A DNA stretch of 38,782 nt from a virus. Taxonomy: Duplodnaviria > Caudoviricetes. Under the pieces are notes generated by a model that searched no databases, was not told the origin of the DNA, and saw nothing but the letters and a program-made list of their open reading frames with translations. Where the stretch lies: positions 1-38,782 of IMG/VR virus record IMGVR_UViG_3300030433_000259. One strand, 5' to 3'. A program made the position numbers and the translations under genes. Positions 26,424 to 36,629 of this stretch are shown here, piece by piece (the first letter of the stretch is position 1; each line of letters begins with the position of its first letter).

Positions 26424-28003
26424 TGGAATATAATAGTTATCGTACATCTGCGAATATGTCAGAGATGAACGCTAAATTATTTTTAAAAAAATATAGTTTA
26501 GCAGAAGGTTTAAAATCTGTATGGAAAACAAAGTTTGAAGAAGCATATGAATACACTATGCCTGGCAGAGAATCATTTTATGAAGAATCACCAGGTCAAA
26601 AAAGAACAGATAGAATATTTGATGAAACAGCAGTAGTAGGTATACAAGAGTTTGCTAGTAGATTACAAGCAGCTATGATTCCTACATTTGGTAGATGGAT
26701 GCACTTAAAATCAGGTGTTGAAATACCTTTAGATTTATCACCACAAATAGATAAAGAATTAGATGATATAACAAACTATATATTTGAAGTATTACACAAT
26801 TCTAATTTTAATCAGGAAGTGCATGAATCTTTTATGGATTGTGCTATTGGTACAGGATGTTTACTTGTAAATGAAGGTACAGCATCTAATCCCATAGTAT
26901 TTAATTCTATACCATTACCACATATAACTTTGAATAGTGGTCCTGATAATAAAATAGATTGCATCTATAGAAAAAGATTTATTCACATAAATGATTTAAA
27001 AGTTTTGTATCCTAATGCAGATCTTGATGAAAACCTTTTAGCTATTATGGGTAATAACCCAGATCAAAAAGTAACAGCTATAGAAGGTACAATGAGAAAC
27101 TACTCAGATCCTAATAAAGAAGTTTATGATTATGTTGTTTGTATAAAAGAATATGAAGCAATAATTATTAGTGAACAGTTTGAAGGTGCTGGATCAAATC
27201 CATTTATTACATTTAGATGGAACAAAGCAAGTGGTGAAGTTTATGGTAGAGGTCCAGTATTTAATGCTATGGCAGCAATCAAAACTACAAACCTTACAGT
27301 AGAACTAATACTAGAAAATGCACAGATGAATATATCTGGTATCTATCAACTAGAAGATGATGGTGTAATTAATACAGACAATATTGCATTAGTGCCTGGA
27401 ACTATTATTCCTGTTGCTCCAGGATCACGAGGATTACAACCTATTAATGCTGCTGGTAGATTTGATGTAGCACAATTAGTGTTAGAAGATATGAGAAACA
27501 ATATTAGAAAAGCACTATATATGGATACACTTGGTCCAACAAAAGGAACACCTATGTCAGCTACAGAAGTAGCAGAAAGAATGGCAGACTTATCAAGACA
27601 AATTGGTTCTTCATTTGGTAGATTGCAATCAGAGTTTATACAACCTTTAGTTAAAAGAATAATATATATTCTTAAAAAACAGGGAAAGATTACAATTCCT
27701 AGTTTGGATAACAAAGAAATAAAAATTATACCTGAATCACCTTTATCTAGGGCGCAGTTTGAACAAGACATAGCAGATATAAACAGATTTAATGCTACTA
27801 TAGGTCAAACATTTGGACCACAAGTTTTAAATTTAATAGTAAAACAAGATGAAGTAGCTAGATATTTAGCAGACAAAATGAATTTACCAGAAAAGTTAAT
27901 TCGTGATACTGCTGAACAACAACAAGTAGTACAACAACTACAACAATTACAACAAGCACAAGGAGGACAAATTGGCGTGGGAGCAGATACGCAACAAACC
28001 TGA
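26423..28003 (+). CDS. Portal (head-to-tail connector) protein
   Basis: 526 aa; RWNKASGEVYGRGP and MSATEVAER motifs of T7 gp8/BPP-1-type portals. Confidence 0.95.
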   Translation: MEYNSYRTSANMSEMNAKLFLKKYSLAEGLKSVWKTKFEEAYEYTMPGRESFYEESPGQKRTDRIFDETAVVGIQEFASRLQAAMIPTFGRWMHLKSGVEIPLDLSPQIDKELDDITNYIFEVLHNSNFNQEVHESFMDCAIGTGCLLVNEGTASNPIVFNSIPLPHITLNSGPDNKIDCIYRKRFIHINDLKVLYPNADLDENLLAIMGNNPDQKVTAIEGTMRNYSDPNKEVYDYVVCIKEYEAIIISEQFEGAGSNPFITFRWNKASGEVYGRGPVFNAMAAIKTTNLTVELILENAQMNISGIYQLEDDGVINTDNIALVPGTIIPVAPGSRGLQPINAAGRFDVAQLVLEDMRNNIRKALYMDTLGPTKGTPMSATEVAERMADLSRQIGSSFGRLQSEFIQPLVKRIIYILKKQGKITIPSLDNKEIKIIPESPLSRAQFEQDIADINRFNATIGQTFGPQVLNLIVKQDEVARYLADKMNLPEKLIRDTAEQQQVVQQLQQLQQAQGGQIGVGADTQQT

Positions 28004-28247
28004 GGGATACCACTATAGTATAGATGGATTCCAAAGATCTAAAAAAGCAGAAATAGAATTAAATGGTGATATTGCTGCACTTTTTAAAACAGAGTTAGGA
28101 AAAAAGGTTTTAAATTACTTAAAATCTATTACAGTAGATGCTGTAGCTGGTAGAGATGTTACAAATGACCAGTTAAGGCATTTAGAGGGAATGAGATATT
28201 TATATTTTATTATCAAAAAAAGAATAGAAGCACATAAGGAGAACTAA
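27972..28247 (+). CDS. Bbp19-like head protein
   Basis: LFKTELGKKVLNYL...LEGMR; TTG start with AGGAGG SD; follows portal. Confidence 0.7.
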   Translation: MAWEQIRNKPEGYHYSIDGFQRSKKAEIELNGDIAALFKTELGKKVLNYLKSITVDAVAGRDVTNDQLRHLEGMRYLYFIIKKRIEAHKEN

Positions 28248-28990
28248 TGGAAGAAGAAAACACACAAACTACAGAAGCTGTTACAGCAACAGAAGCACCA
28301 AAAGAAGCACCTACTAGACCAGAATACATATCAGAAAAGTTTTGGGATACAGATAGAAATGAAATCAAAGTTGAAGAACTTGGAGCTTCTTATAATGCTT
28401 TAGAAAAAAAACTAGGTATGAGAACAGATGAACTATCTAAACAGATTAGAACAGATATAGAACAAGAAAGAAAAAGTGTTGTACCTGAGGAATACAAGAT
28501 AGTTGTACCTGAAGTGCCAGAGCATATTAATATAGAAGTTAATAAAGATCAGGAACTATTAAAAGAATGGTCAGCTATTTGTAGAGAAAATAATTTATCA
28601 CAAGAAATGTTTAACAGAGGTGTAAATGCTTTTGTTAATAATGAAATAGCTGGTTTACCTGATACACAAGAAGAAATGGCAAAGTTAGGTGATAATGCTA
28701 ATAGTCGTGTAGAAGCTGCTGATTTATGGTCCAAAAAATATTTAACACCTGAATCATATGAAGTTGCAGCAAAGATGGCTAGTACAGCTGAAGGTGTAAA
28801 AGCATTAGAAGAAATAATGAATCTAACAAAAACACAACCATTACCTAATTCAAACACAGTAGTTGATGCTGAACTTGATGAAACAGATCTTAGATCTATG
28901 ATGAATGATCCTAGATATTACGATCCAGCAAAAAGAGATGAAGCATATTATAACAAAGTAACTAAGCTATACGAAAAAAAGTATGGCTAA
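28247..28990 (+). CDS. Capsid scaffolding/assembly protein
   Basis: Acidic; RPEYISEKFWD...MMNDPRYYD; between portal and MCP. Confidence 0.8.
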   Translation: MEEENTQTTEAVTATEAPKEAPTRPEYISEKFWDTDRNEIKVEELGASYNALEKKLGMRTDELSKQIRTDIEQERKSVVPEEYKIVVPEVPEHINIEVNKDQELLKEWSAICRENNLSQEMFNRGVNAFVNNEIAGLPDTQEEMAKLGDNANSRVEAADLWSKKYLTPESYEVAAKMASTAEGVKALEEIMNLTKTQPLPNSNTVVDAELDETDLRSMMNDPRYYDPAKRDEAYYNKVTKLYEKKYG

Positions 28991-29243
28991 AAAGAAAGAT
29001 TTTCCCTTTAAAAAGTACATATTTAAATGGGAAGATCCTACTGGTCATAGTGAATGGATGTCAAAGAATGACATGGATTCGGTAAAACCAGCTGTTATTA
29101 CTACAGAAGCATATCTATATTCTAAAGATAAAAGCTATGTTAAGACATTTGCATCATATATAGAGGAATCTGATGGCTCATACACATTTGGAGATGTCAA
29201 TGTTTTTATTGCTTCTGGTCTTGTAAAGATGACAAAAATATAA
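28983..29243 (+). CDS. Hypothetical protein
   Basis: Overlapping ORF with FKWED...W motif. Confidence 0.65.
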   Translation: MAKKKDFPFKKYIFKWEDPTGHSEWMSKNDMDSVKPAVITTEAYLYSKDKSYVKTFASYIEESDGSYTFGDVNVFIASGLVKMTKI

Positions 29244-29350
29244 TATATCTCACATAACAAGCCGAAATAGACTGGAAGATGCCCAGTTTGGACAACATAA
29301 CAAAGTTTATAACGACAACTTGGATTTAGAACAATACGAAAGGAAAAACA

Positions 29351-30187
29351 ATGACAGCGACTATAGATCAAGCCTTTATAAAGCAGTTCGAAGCAGAAGT
29401 GCATATGGCTTATCAAAGAATGGGCAGTAAGCTCAAGAATATGGTCCGTAATGTCAGTAATGTAAAAGGAAGTACTGTTCAGTTTCAAAAAGTAGCAAAA
29501 GGTTCTGCTTCAACTAAAGCAAGACACGCTGAGGTTGTCGCTATGAACTCTGTACACTCTAATGTGACTGCAACACTATCTGACTTCTACGCTGCTGATT
29601 ATGTGGATCGTTTAGACGAACTAAAAGTAAACATTGATGAGAGAAACATTGTTGCACAAAATGCAGCATATGCTCTTGGTAGAAAAACCGATTCTATCAT
29701 CACTGATACATTTGACGCTAACGCAACTGCATTAGCACATAACTCAGCTGGATCAACAACTGGTATGAACTTAGACAAAGCACAGAATGTGTTTGAGATC
29801 TTCCAAGAAAATGATGTTCCAGATGATGGACAAAGGTATTGGATTGTTGGTGGAAAACAATGGTCAGACCTTCTAGACATAGATCAGTTCTCAAGAGCTG
29901 AATATGTTGGTGAAGCAGACTTACCATTTGGCGGCACATTAACTGCTAAAAGATGGATTACTTTCATGTGGATGGCATTTAGTGGCTTACACAAAGATGG
30001 ATCAAACGATAGATTCACACTTGCTTTCCATAAATCATCTCTAGGATTAGGTGTAGGTTCTGATGTGAGAACAGAAGTAAACTACATACCTGAAAAGGTA
30101 GCACACCTAACAACATCATATATGTCAATGGGTGCAGTACTTATTGATGGTGATGGTGTAAGAATCCAGAAATGTAGGGAGGCATAA
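29351..30187 (+). CDS. Major capsid protein
   Basis: IDQAFIKQFEAEVHMAYQRMGSKL...AAYALGRKTD; SD AAAGGA; follows scaffold. Confidence 0.92.
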   Translation: MTATIDQAFIKQFEAEVHMAYQRMGSKLKNMVRNVSNVKGSTVQFQKVAKGSASTKARHAEVVAMNSVHSNVTATLSDFYAADYVDRLDELKVNIDERNIVAQNAAYALGRKTDSIITDTFDANATALAHNSAGSTTGMNLDKAQNVFEIFQENDVPDDGQRYWIVGGKQWSDLLDIDQFSRAEYVGEADLPFGGTLTAKRWITFMWMAFSGLHKDGSNDRFTLAFHKSSLGLGVGSDVRTEVNYIPEKVAHLTTSYMSMGAVLIDGDGVRIQKCREA

Positions 30188-30189
30188 TC

Positions 30190-30438
30190 ATGGCATACGA
30201 AACAACTAATCCTGTGAAAAAGATATCCCAAATGGGAGATTCTAATTCACTTTGGTATTATACTGATGGTGATGCTATTGGTACTATTGATGACAATGAA
30301 TACTTTTTAGCATCTACTGGCGACCTTAATGCTGGTGATGTAATCATTGTTAATAGTGGTGGCTCAAACGCAGTTGTAGATATTTTAATTGTAACTACAG
30401 CTAGTGCTACACAAGTAAGAACTGCCTTATTATCATAA
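30190..30438 (+). CDS. Small capsid-associated (decoration-like) protein
   Basis: Between MCP and terminator; GGAGG SD. Confidence 0.6.
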   Translation: MAYETTNPVKKISQMGDSNSLWYYTDGDAIGTIDDNEYFLASTGDLNAGDVIIVNSGGSNAVVDILIVTTASATQVRTALLS

Positions 30439-30445
30439 TGTGAAT

Positions 30446-30472
30446 GGGGGGTTTTATACCCCCCTATCTTTT
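30446..30472 (+). terminator. Intrinsic terminator after the capsid genes
   Basis: GGGGGGT-TTTAT-ACCCCCC followed by TATCTTTT. Confidence 0.7.
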
Positions 30473-30473
30473 C

Positions 30474-31070
30474 ATGGCAGATACTAAAGTAGATATATGT
30501 GCAAGAGCTATCATAATGATCGGAGCTTCTCCGATATCATCTTTTGATGATGGTTCTACAGAAGCCTTAGTAGCTTCTAATATGTATGAAAACATACTGA
30601 AGTCTTGTTTATCAAGACACAGATGGAAGTTTGCCACAGAACAAAAACAACTTTCTTTATTAGCTGATGCACCAACTGGAAGATATGAATATGCTTATCA
30701 GCTACCAGCAAGTCCTGAACTATTAGTTTTAAATACAGTTACTGTAAATGATAATCCAATTAAGTATGCTAGATATGGAGATAAGATATTTGTAAATACT
30801 TATGGATCTAGTAATACACTTATAGCTGATTATATATTTAGACAAGTAGAAGCAGAGTTTCCTGAATATTTTAAATTAGCATTACAATATAAACTTGCAT
30901 CCATCTTTGCTGGATCTGTAGCAAGAGATGCTGCTATGATACAACAGTTTGAAACACTTGGTGAAAACCAAATGAGAATAGCAAAGAACATTGATAGTCA
31001 AGAAGTTACAAATAGTGTTCTAAACACAAAAAGGTTTATACAGGATAGATTAACTACTGGAGGATATTAA
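30474..31070 (+). CDS. Tail tubular protein A (adaptor, gp11-like)
   Basis: VDICARAIIMIGASPISSF...HRWKFA...YAYQLP; start MADTK at 30474. Confidence 0.85.
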   Translation: MADTKVDICARAIIMIGASPISSFDDGSTEALVASNMYENILKSCLSRHRWKFATEQKQLSLLADAPTGRYEYAYQLPASPELLVLNTVTVNDNPIKYARYGDKIFVNTYGSSNTLIADYIFRQVEAEFPEYFKLALQYKLASIFAGSVARDAAMIQQFETLGENQMRIAKNIDSQEVTNSVLNTKRFIQDRLTTGGY

Positions 31071-33265
31071 TGGCTAATGTTCTCAGAACTGTATATACCA
31101 ACTTTTCAAGTGGTGAACTTAATCCTTTATTAGTTACAAGAACAGATGCTTCAGCATATTTTAGTGGAGCAAAAACATTAAGAAATTGGTATCTACTTGA
31201 TGAGGGTGGTGTTATGCGTAGACCTGGCACACAGTTCAAAGCAACATTACCTGGATCATCAAGAATTATTCCATTTATATTTTCTAATGATGAAATGGCT
31301 ATATTTGCATTATCTAATAATAGATTAGATGTATTTGATAGTGATGGTGCAAGTGTACAATCAAATATTACAAGTAATTGTAACTGGACTACAGCACAGT
31401 TATTTGAACTAAACTATGCACAGTTTGGTGATACAGTATTTATAGTTCATAGAAATAATCCAATAGTAAAAATAATTAGAACATCAGCGTCTACATTTAG
31501 TGTATCTTTATTTGAGTTTGAAGAAGATGAAAGTGTATCTGTTGGTGGAGCAAACAAAACAACACAACCATTTTTTAAATATGCAGATTCAACAATATCT
31601 GTAACACTATCTGATAAAACTACTGGTACTGGTAGAACATTGACTGCTAGTGCTTCTGCTTTTACAAGTGCATATGTAGGGCAGTATTTATTAGTAAATA
31701 ATAAACAAGTAAAAGTAACAGGATATACAAGTGCTACTGTAGTAACAGTTACAGTTTTAGAAGAAGTAGATACAGTAGGACCCCATTTTCTATGGGAAGA
31801 ACAACTTATATCTTCTGTAAGAGGTTTTCCACAAGCTGTTACATTCCATGATAATAGATTATATTTTGCTGGTGTTAGAGATAAACCAGCTTCTGTTATA
31901 GCATCAAAGGTAGGTGAATACTTTAATTTTGAAATAGGTACAGGACAACCTGATGATGCACTAGATGTAACTGTAACAGGAGATAGAATAAATGAGATTA
32001 GACACTTAGTAAGTTCTAGAAACTTACAGTTATTTACTGATGGTGGTGAGTTTTTTGTACCAACATCTACAGATACTTCAGCTGTTACTCCATCAAATAT
32101 AGTTTTTACAAGACAAACACCATATGGATGTAATAGAGCAAAACCAGTTATTTTTGATGGTGCTACATTGTATGCACAGAAAAATGGTAAGACAGTTAGA
32201 GAATATTTATATTCAGATGTTGAAACAGCATATGCTTCTACATCAATATCTATACTTGCATCACAAGTAATAAATAATCCAGTAGATATGACTATGATTA
32301 CTGGTACAACAACTAGACCAGAACAGTTTGCATTTTTTACAAATACAGATGGTACACTTGCTTTATTTCATAGTATTAGATCTGAGAAGATAGCTGGATG
32401 GACACTATGGTCTACTAGATCAGGTGATAACTTCAAAAGTATTACAGCTTTAAATGAAAACTTATTTTGTGTTGTAGAAAGACAATTAGAAGGTGGAACT
32501 GTATATACATTAGAAAAATTTGCAGATGATGATAGTCTTACACTTGATTGTTCTGCTGTTACTACATTAAATCAACAAGGTGCGCCTAAAGTAAATGGTG
32601 GTAGTCAGTCAGGATCAACTTTAAATGTTGATGGTTACACATCAGCACCTAATCCTAATGATATAATCCAAATAGCTGGTAACAGTACACAATACACTAT
32701 TCAAACAGTAAATGCTACAGCGTCTGGATTTACGCTAGTTTTAAATCAAAATCTTGCTGCAACACCATCAGATAATGCTGTTATTACTATAGTTCAGGGA
32801 AGATTACATAACTCACCAGCACACTTGACATCCACATCAGTATATGCTGTTGATGGTACTATGGCATTAGGTACATTTACCACATCAGGATCAGATACAA
32901 TAACATTTAATGAAGCTCACGCTGCTGGTGTTAATATTGGTTTTGATTATACACCTACACTAGAAACTATGCCTATAGATAAAGAAGTAGCTAATGGTCC
33001 ATTGACAGGAGAAATAAAAAGAATATCTAGAGCAGTTGTAGATGTATCAAATGCACTTAATGTTGCTTTACAAGCATCAGATAAAACTGCAAAAAATTTA
33101 ATTATTAGACAAGTAGATTTTAATGTAGCTCAATCTGTTAGTGCAGTATCTGGTAAAAAAGAATTTTTCTTTTTAGGATATGATAGAGAACCTACAGTAA
33201 AAATAACACAAACAGAACCATTACCACTAAAAATTTTAGGTATGGCAGTAGAGGTAGTATTTTAA
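31070..33265 (+). CDS. Tail tubular protein B (nozzle, gp12-like)
   Basis: NFSSGELNP, GGVMRRPGT, FHDNRLYFAG, PLPLKILG motifs. Confidence 0.88.
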   Translation: MANVLRTVYTNFSSGELNPLLVTRTDASAYFSGAKTLRNWYLLDEGGVMRRPGTQFKATLPGSSRIIPFIFSNDEMAIFALSNNRLDVFDSDGASVQSNITSNCNWTTAQLFELNYAQFGDTVFIVHRNNPIVKIIRTSASTFSVSLFEFEEDESVSVGGANKTTQPFFKYADSTISVTLSDKTTGTGRTLTASASAFTSAYVGQYLLVNNKQVKVTGYTSATVVTVTVLEEVDTVGPHFLWEEQLISSVRGFPQAVTFHDNRLYFAGVRDKPASVIASKVGEYFNFEIGTGQPDDALDVTVTGDRINEIRHLVSSRNLQLFTDGGEFFVPTSTDTSAVTPSNIVFTRQTPYGCNRAKPVIFDGATLYAQKNGKTVREYLYSDVETAYASTSISILASQVINNPVDMTMITGTTTRPEQFAFFTNTDGTLALFHSIRSEKIAGWTLWSTRSGDNFKSITALNENLFCVVERQLEGGTVYTLEKFADDDSLTLDCSAVTTLNQQGAPKVNGGSQSGSTLNVDGYTSAPNPNDIIQIAGNSTQYTIQTVNATASGFTLVLNQNLAATPSDNAVITIVQGRLHNSPAHLTSTSVYAVDGTMALGTFTTSGSDTITFNEAHAAGVNIGFDYTPTLETMPIDKEVANGPLTGEIKRISRAVVDVSNALNVALQASDKTAKNLIIRQVDFNVAQSVSAVSGKKEFFFLGYDREPTVKITQTEPLPLKILGMAVEVVF

Positions 33266-33816
33266 TGGGTAGTATAACTCCAGCAACTATGTTTTTAATT
33301 ACAGCTGGTGTATCAGCTGGTGCATCTTTATATCAAGGTTATACTGCAAGACAGGCATTAAAAAGTGATATAGCTAGATATGAAGAGGAAAAAAAACTTA
33401 CAGAGCTAAGAGGTTTACAAGAAGAAACAGTTAGAAGGCAACAAATGGATATTACACTTGGAAATAATAAAGTTATAGCTGGTGCTGCTGGTATATTGGA
33501 TGATAGTAGAACATTTTTGGCTATACAAAATGATGTAAGAAATGCTGCTATATCTGATATCAGATCACAAAAATTAAATACTAGAATAGCATTATCTAAG
33601 TTTGACCAACAAATAGTAAACTCAAAGATAGATATGCAATCAGCAACCTTTGGTGCTATATTTGATGCTGGTAGTTCTGCTCTAACTGGATGGACATATG
33701 CTAATTATTATAGAGATTCAAATACAATTAAACCAGGTATGTCACCAGGTGAATCAAGAGCTAGATTCGGTACAGATCTTCTAGCTGGTAAGAGTATAGG
33801 AGGTATGGATACATAA
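33265..33816 (+). CDS. Small internal virion/ejection protein (gp14-like)
   Basis: Ala/Gly hydrophobic N-terminus, helical body; position after the nozzle gene. Confidence 0.65.
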   Translation: MGSITPATMFLITAGVSAGASLYQGYTARQALKSDIARYEEEKKLTELRGLQEETVRRQQMDITLGNNKVIAGAAGILDDSRTFLAIQNDVRNAAISDIRSQKLNTRIALSKFDQQIVNSKIDMQSATFGAIFDAGSSALTGWTYANYYRDSNTIKPGMSPGESRARFGTDLLAGKSIGGMDT

Positions 33817-36629
33817 TGGTTTTAGAAAGAGGAGCAAGTCTTAGTAAAGGTGTTAGAAGAACAGGCGTTGAAGGTAGCTTTGGCGTTGTAAGAACAGCAC
33901 AAAATACTATAGGTACAAGTGTAGCAAACTTATCACAAACAGTTGATAAGATTAATCAGTTTCAGGTTGATGTCATGGATAAAGAATGGCAAAACAACTT
34001 TGATACAAATAGTGCTTTATTCATAGAGGAGGCTATGCGTGAAGAACTTAATAGTCCAAATCCTGATTTAGTAAAATTAAGAGAAAAATTTATAACATAT
34101 CGTGATACTACTCTAAGAGAAGCACCACAAAGATTCCAAAATTACATAGAAAATAAATTAGACTTAAACTTTGTTGATGCTGTTAATAATGTAAAAGACT
34201 ATGCTAATGATTTAAAATATCAAAATTTAATTACTTCAGGTGCAGTTCTAGCACAAACAAATTATAATACTACTTATAGTGAAATACAAACCATAATAAA
34301 AAATAATAAAGGTAACTTTGAAAAAATACAAAATGATATTGATTTACTATATACAACAAAAGTTTTGCCTAACTTAGCAAATCTAAATGCTAATGATAAA
34401 ATTTTAAATCAACTAAAACCTTTAGAAATGACACCAGGTATGATTGAAGATAGAGCTTTTGCTAATAATGTTTTGTATGAGAGTTTAAGAGCAAGAAGTA
34501 TTATTGAAATGATGGTATCAGGTGTGGATTTTGAATCAGGAGATACAATACAACTTGCAGCTGATTTAGATACATTAGATATAGAAATAGATAATTATAT
34601 ACAAAAGTATTTAGAAGATCCTTCTGCAAGAAGGCTAGATATGGATGATACAACAGTTAGTGAAATTGTAACTGATTTAAACACAACAAAAAATAATTTA
34701 TTATCAGTACAATCTGATAAAATACAAAAAGCTGAAAATGCACAATTATTTCAACAGCAACAATTTTCAAAGAGTTTTATTGATGAGTACAAACAAAATT
34801 CATATTTATCAGTAATATCTACCCCAAGTAGTATTTTAGAAAATTTACAAAGTACACCTAATGGTATTAGTTTATTTGAAAACCAAGCATTGTTTATGGC
34901 AACATTAGATGATGCAATAGTAGCATCACAAACACATAAAATTATACAATCAAAAAAAGAAGCTAATCAAGGTGTATTACCAAACATAGGTGATTTAACA
35001 ACAGAAATAAATACTGGTTTAGGCTTAGATATGTCAGAAGATGAAATATCAAGATATGTATATTCTTCTATGGGTGGTATGGGTAATTATACTGCCGATC
35101 AAATGATTAGTGATATAAAATTAATTCAAGATGAACCAATGCCAGGATCACCTGGAGGTGTAAATGAAAGTTATAAAATAGCTATGGATAACTACAATGC
35201 AGCAGCTGTATTAATGCAACAAGGATATTTTCCTCCAGGACTTGATAATTATTTTGCACAAGTTGATCGTATAATGGCAAAAAGTAATTTATCTGATGAT
35301 GATGTAGGAAGAGTTAATGAAGCACTATTTGCATTTAACTACATAAATAATAATAGTAATGATTTATTTTTTCCTACAGTTACTGGTGCAGAAACACCAA
35401 CATTTTTTTCTTTTTTAAATGTAACAAGAGGGCAAAATTATGAAGGTGTAAACATTACTGACATAGAAGATTTAAGACAATTACAAAATGAATATAAAGA
35501 CTTTATTAAATCTCCATATGATTTAGAAACTATCTCTAATATATTAGCTGATAATAATTTTAATATTACTGAACAAAATGTAGAAAGTAATATAGTTGCA
35601 GATATAAAATCACAATTTGGTGTTACTGCCTTAAAAAAATATATATTAAATAAAGTACCATTTTTAAGTTTTGGTGAACTAGAGGATGGTGAACAGTTTG
35701 TAAAAACTAGCCAGTTTACAGAATTATTTGGTAACATTCCACAATGGAAAAAAATAATTATTGGTATGTCTTTACGAAGTGGTTATGGAGAAGAAGCAGA
35801 TGCTTATCTATCTATTGATCCATTTATTTTAGAACAATTCAATCAAGAATATGTACAAGCACTTAGAAAAAATGGTGTTGATTTTAGTATAGCAGAAACT
35901 AATACACCATTGTTTTTACAACAAGTAGAAAAAGTAAGAGAAAAAGCTATTAATACTGCTGCTTACAATTTAAATAGGGCAGGTTTTGGTATTAGTAAAT
36001 ATGAATCTATGAATGAAGGTGGAGCATTAGTACAGAATCCTATTGAAGAACAAATACCATATCAAAGACAAGAAGAAAAAGATTTATATATAGCTGCACA
36101 TATAAAAACACATATTGAAAGTATGGAGAATAAATATGGTATAGATAAAATGAAAGATGTATATCCAGGATTATACTTTGATAATTTTTTAACTGATAAA
36201 CAAGTTGAGAAAGAATTAAATATGGAAAGAGTAATGGAGTTAATGGATAAAAATGTATTTTATTTTATTAAAGAAGGTGAAGGTTATAGTTATCATTTAA
36301 ATCCTAATGGTGGTGATGGGTTTTTTTCTAATAGTTATGAATTATCTATGGATGTAGATGATCCTCAATTTTTTACAGTAGATGATGTACTAACAACAAA
36401 TGATGGGAAAATTTTTAGTAAAAAAGGTTTAGTTTCAGATGCAGTTAAAGAGTATTTAAACGATAGTACAATATTAAACTTTTTTAGAGATAGAGGTATG
36501 GATGTTACAAAAGCAGAAAATTTTCTTTATACAATTTTATATCCTGGAACTTATGCCATAACTAATAAAGAAGATTTAATGGAATATTTAGATAAAAATA
36601 AAATAGATATAGATAAATTTCCAAAATGA
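33816..36629 (+). CDS. Internal virion/ejection protein (gp15-like), full length, allele B
   Basis: 937 aa; GGAGGT SD; homologous to 3..2729. Confidence 0.72.
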   Translation: MVLERGASLSKGVRRTGVEGSFGVVRTAQNTIGTSVANLSQTVDKINQFQVDVMDKEWQNNFDTNSALFIEEAMREELNSPNPDLVKLREKFITYRDTTLREAPQRFQNYIENKLDLNFVDAVNNVKDYANDLKYQNLITSGAVLAQTNYNTTYSEIQTIIKNNKGNFEKIQNDIDLLYTTKVLPNLANLNANDKILNQLKPLEMTPGMIEDRAFANNVLYESLRARSIIEMMVSGVDFESGDTIQLAADLDTLDIEIDNYIQKYLEDPSARRLDMDDTTVSEIVTDLNTTKNNLLSVQSDKIQKAENAQLFQQQQFSKSFIDEYKQNSYLSVISTPSSILENLQSTPNGISLFENQALFMATLDDAIVASQTHKIIQSKKEANQGVLPNIGDLTTEINTGLGLDMSEDEISRYVYSSMGGMGNYTADQMISDIKLIQDEPMPGSPGGVNESYKIAMDNYNAAAVLMQQGYFPPGLDNYFAQVDRIMAKSNLSDDDVGRVNEALFAFNYINNNSNDLFFPTVTGAETPTFFSFLNVTRGQNYEGVNITDIEDLRQLQNEYKDFIKSPYDLETISNILADNNFNITEQNVESNIVADIKSQFGVTALKKYILNKVPFLSFGELEDGEQFVKTSQFTELFGNIPQWKKIIIGMSLRSGYGEEADAYLSIDPFILEQFNQEYVQALRKNGVDFSIAETNTPLFLQQVEKVREKAINTAAYNLNRAGFGISKYESMNEGGALVQNPIEEQIPYQRQEEKDLYIAAHIKTHIESMENKYGIDKMKDVYPGLYFDNFLTDKQVEKELNMERVMELMDKNVFYFIKEGEGYSYHLNPNGGDGFFSNSYELSMDVDDPQFFTVDDVLTTNDGKIFSKKGLVSDAVKEYLNDSTILNFFRDRGMDVTKAENFLYTILYPGTYAITNKEDLMEYLDKNKIDIDKFPK

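Noticed and set aside
30444-30473. N-terminal extension MGGFIPPYLF of tail tube A
   Set aside because: It is the translation of the terminator hairpin; the family-like sequence begins at MADTK (30474).
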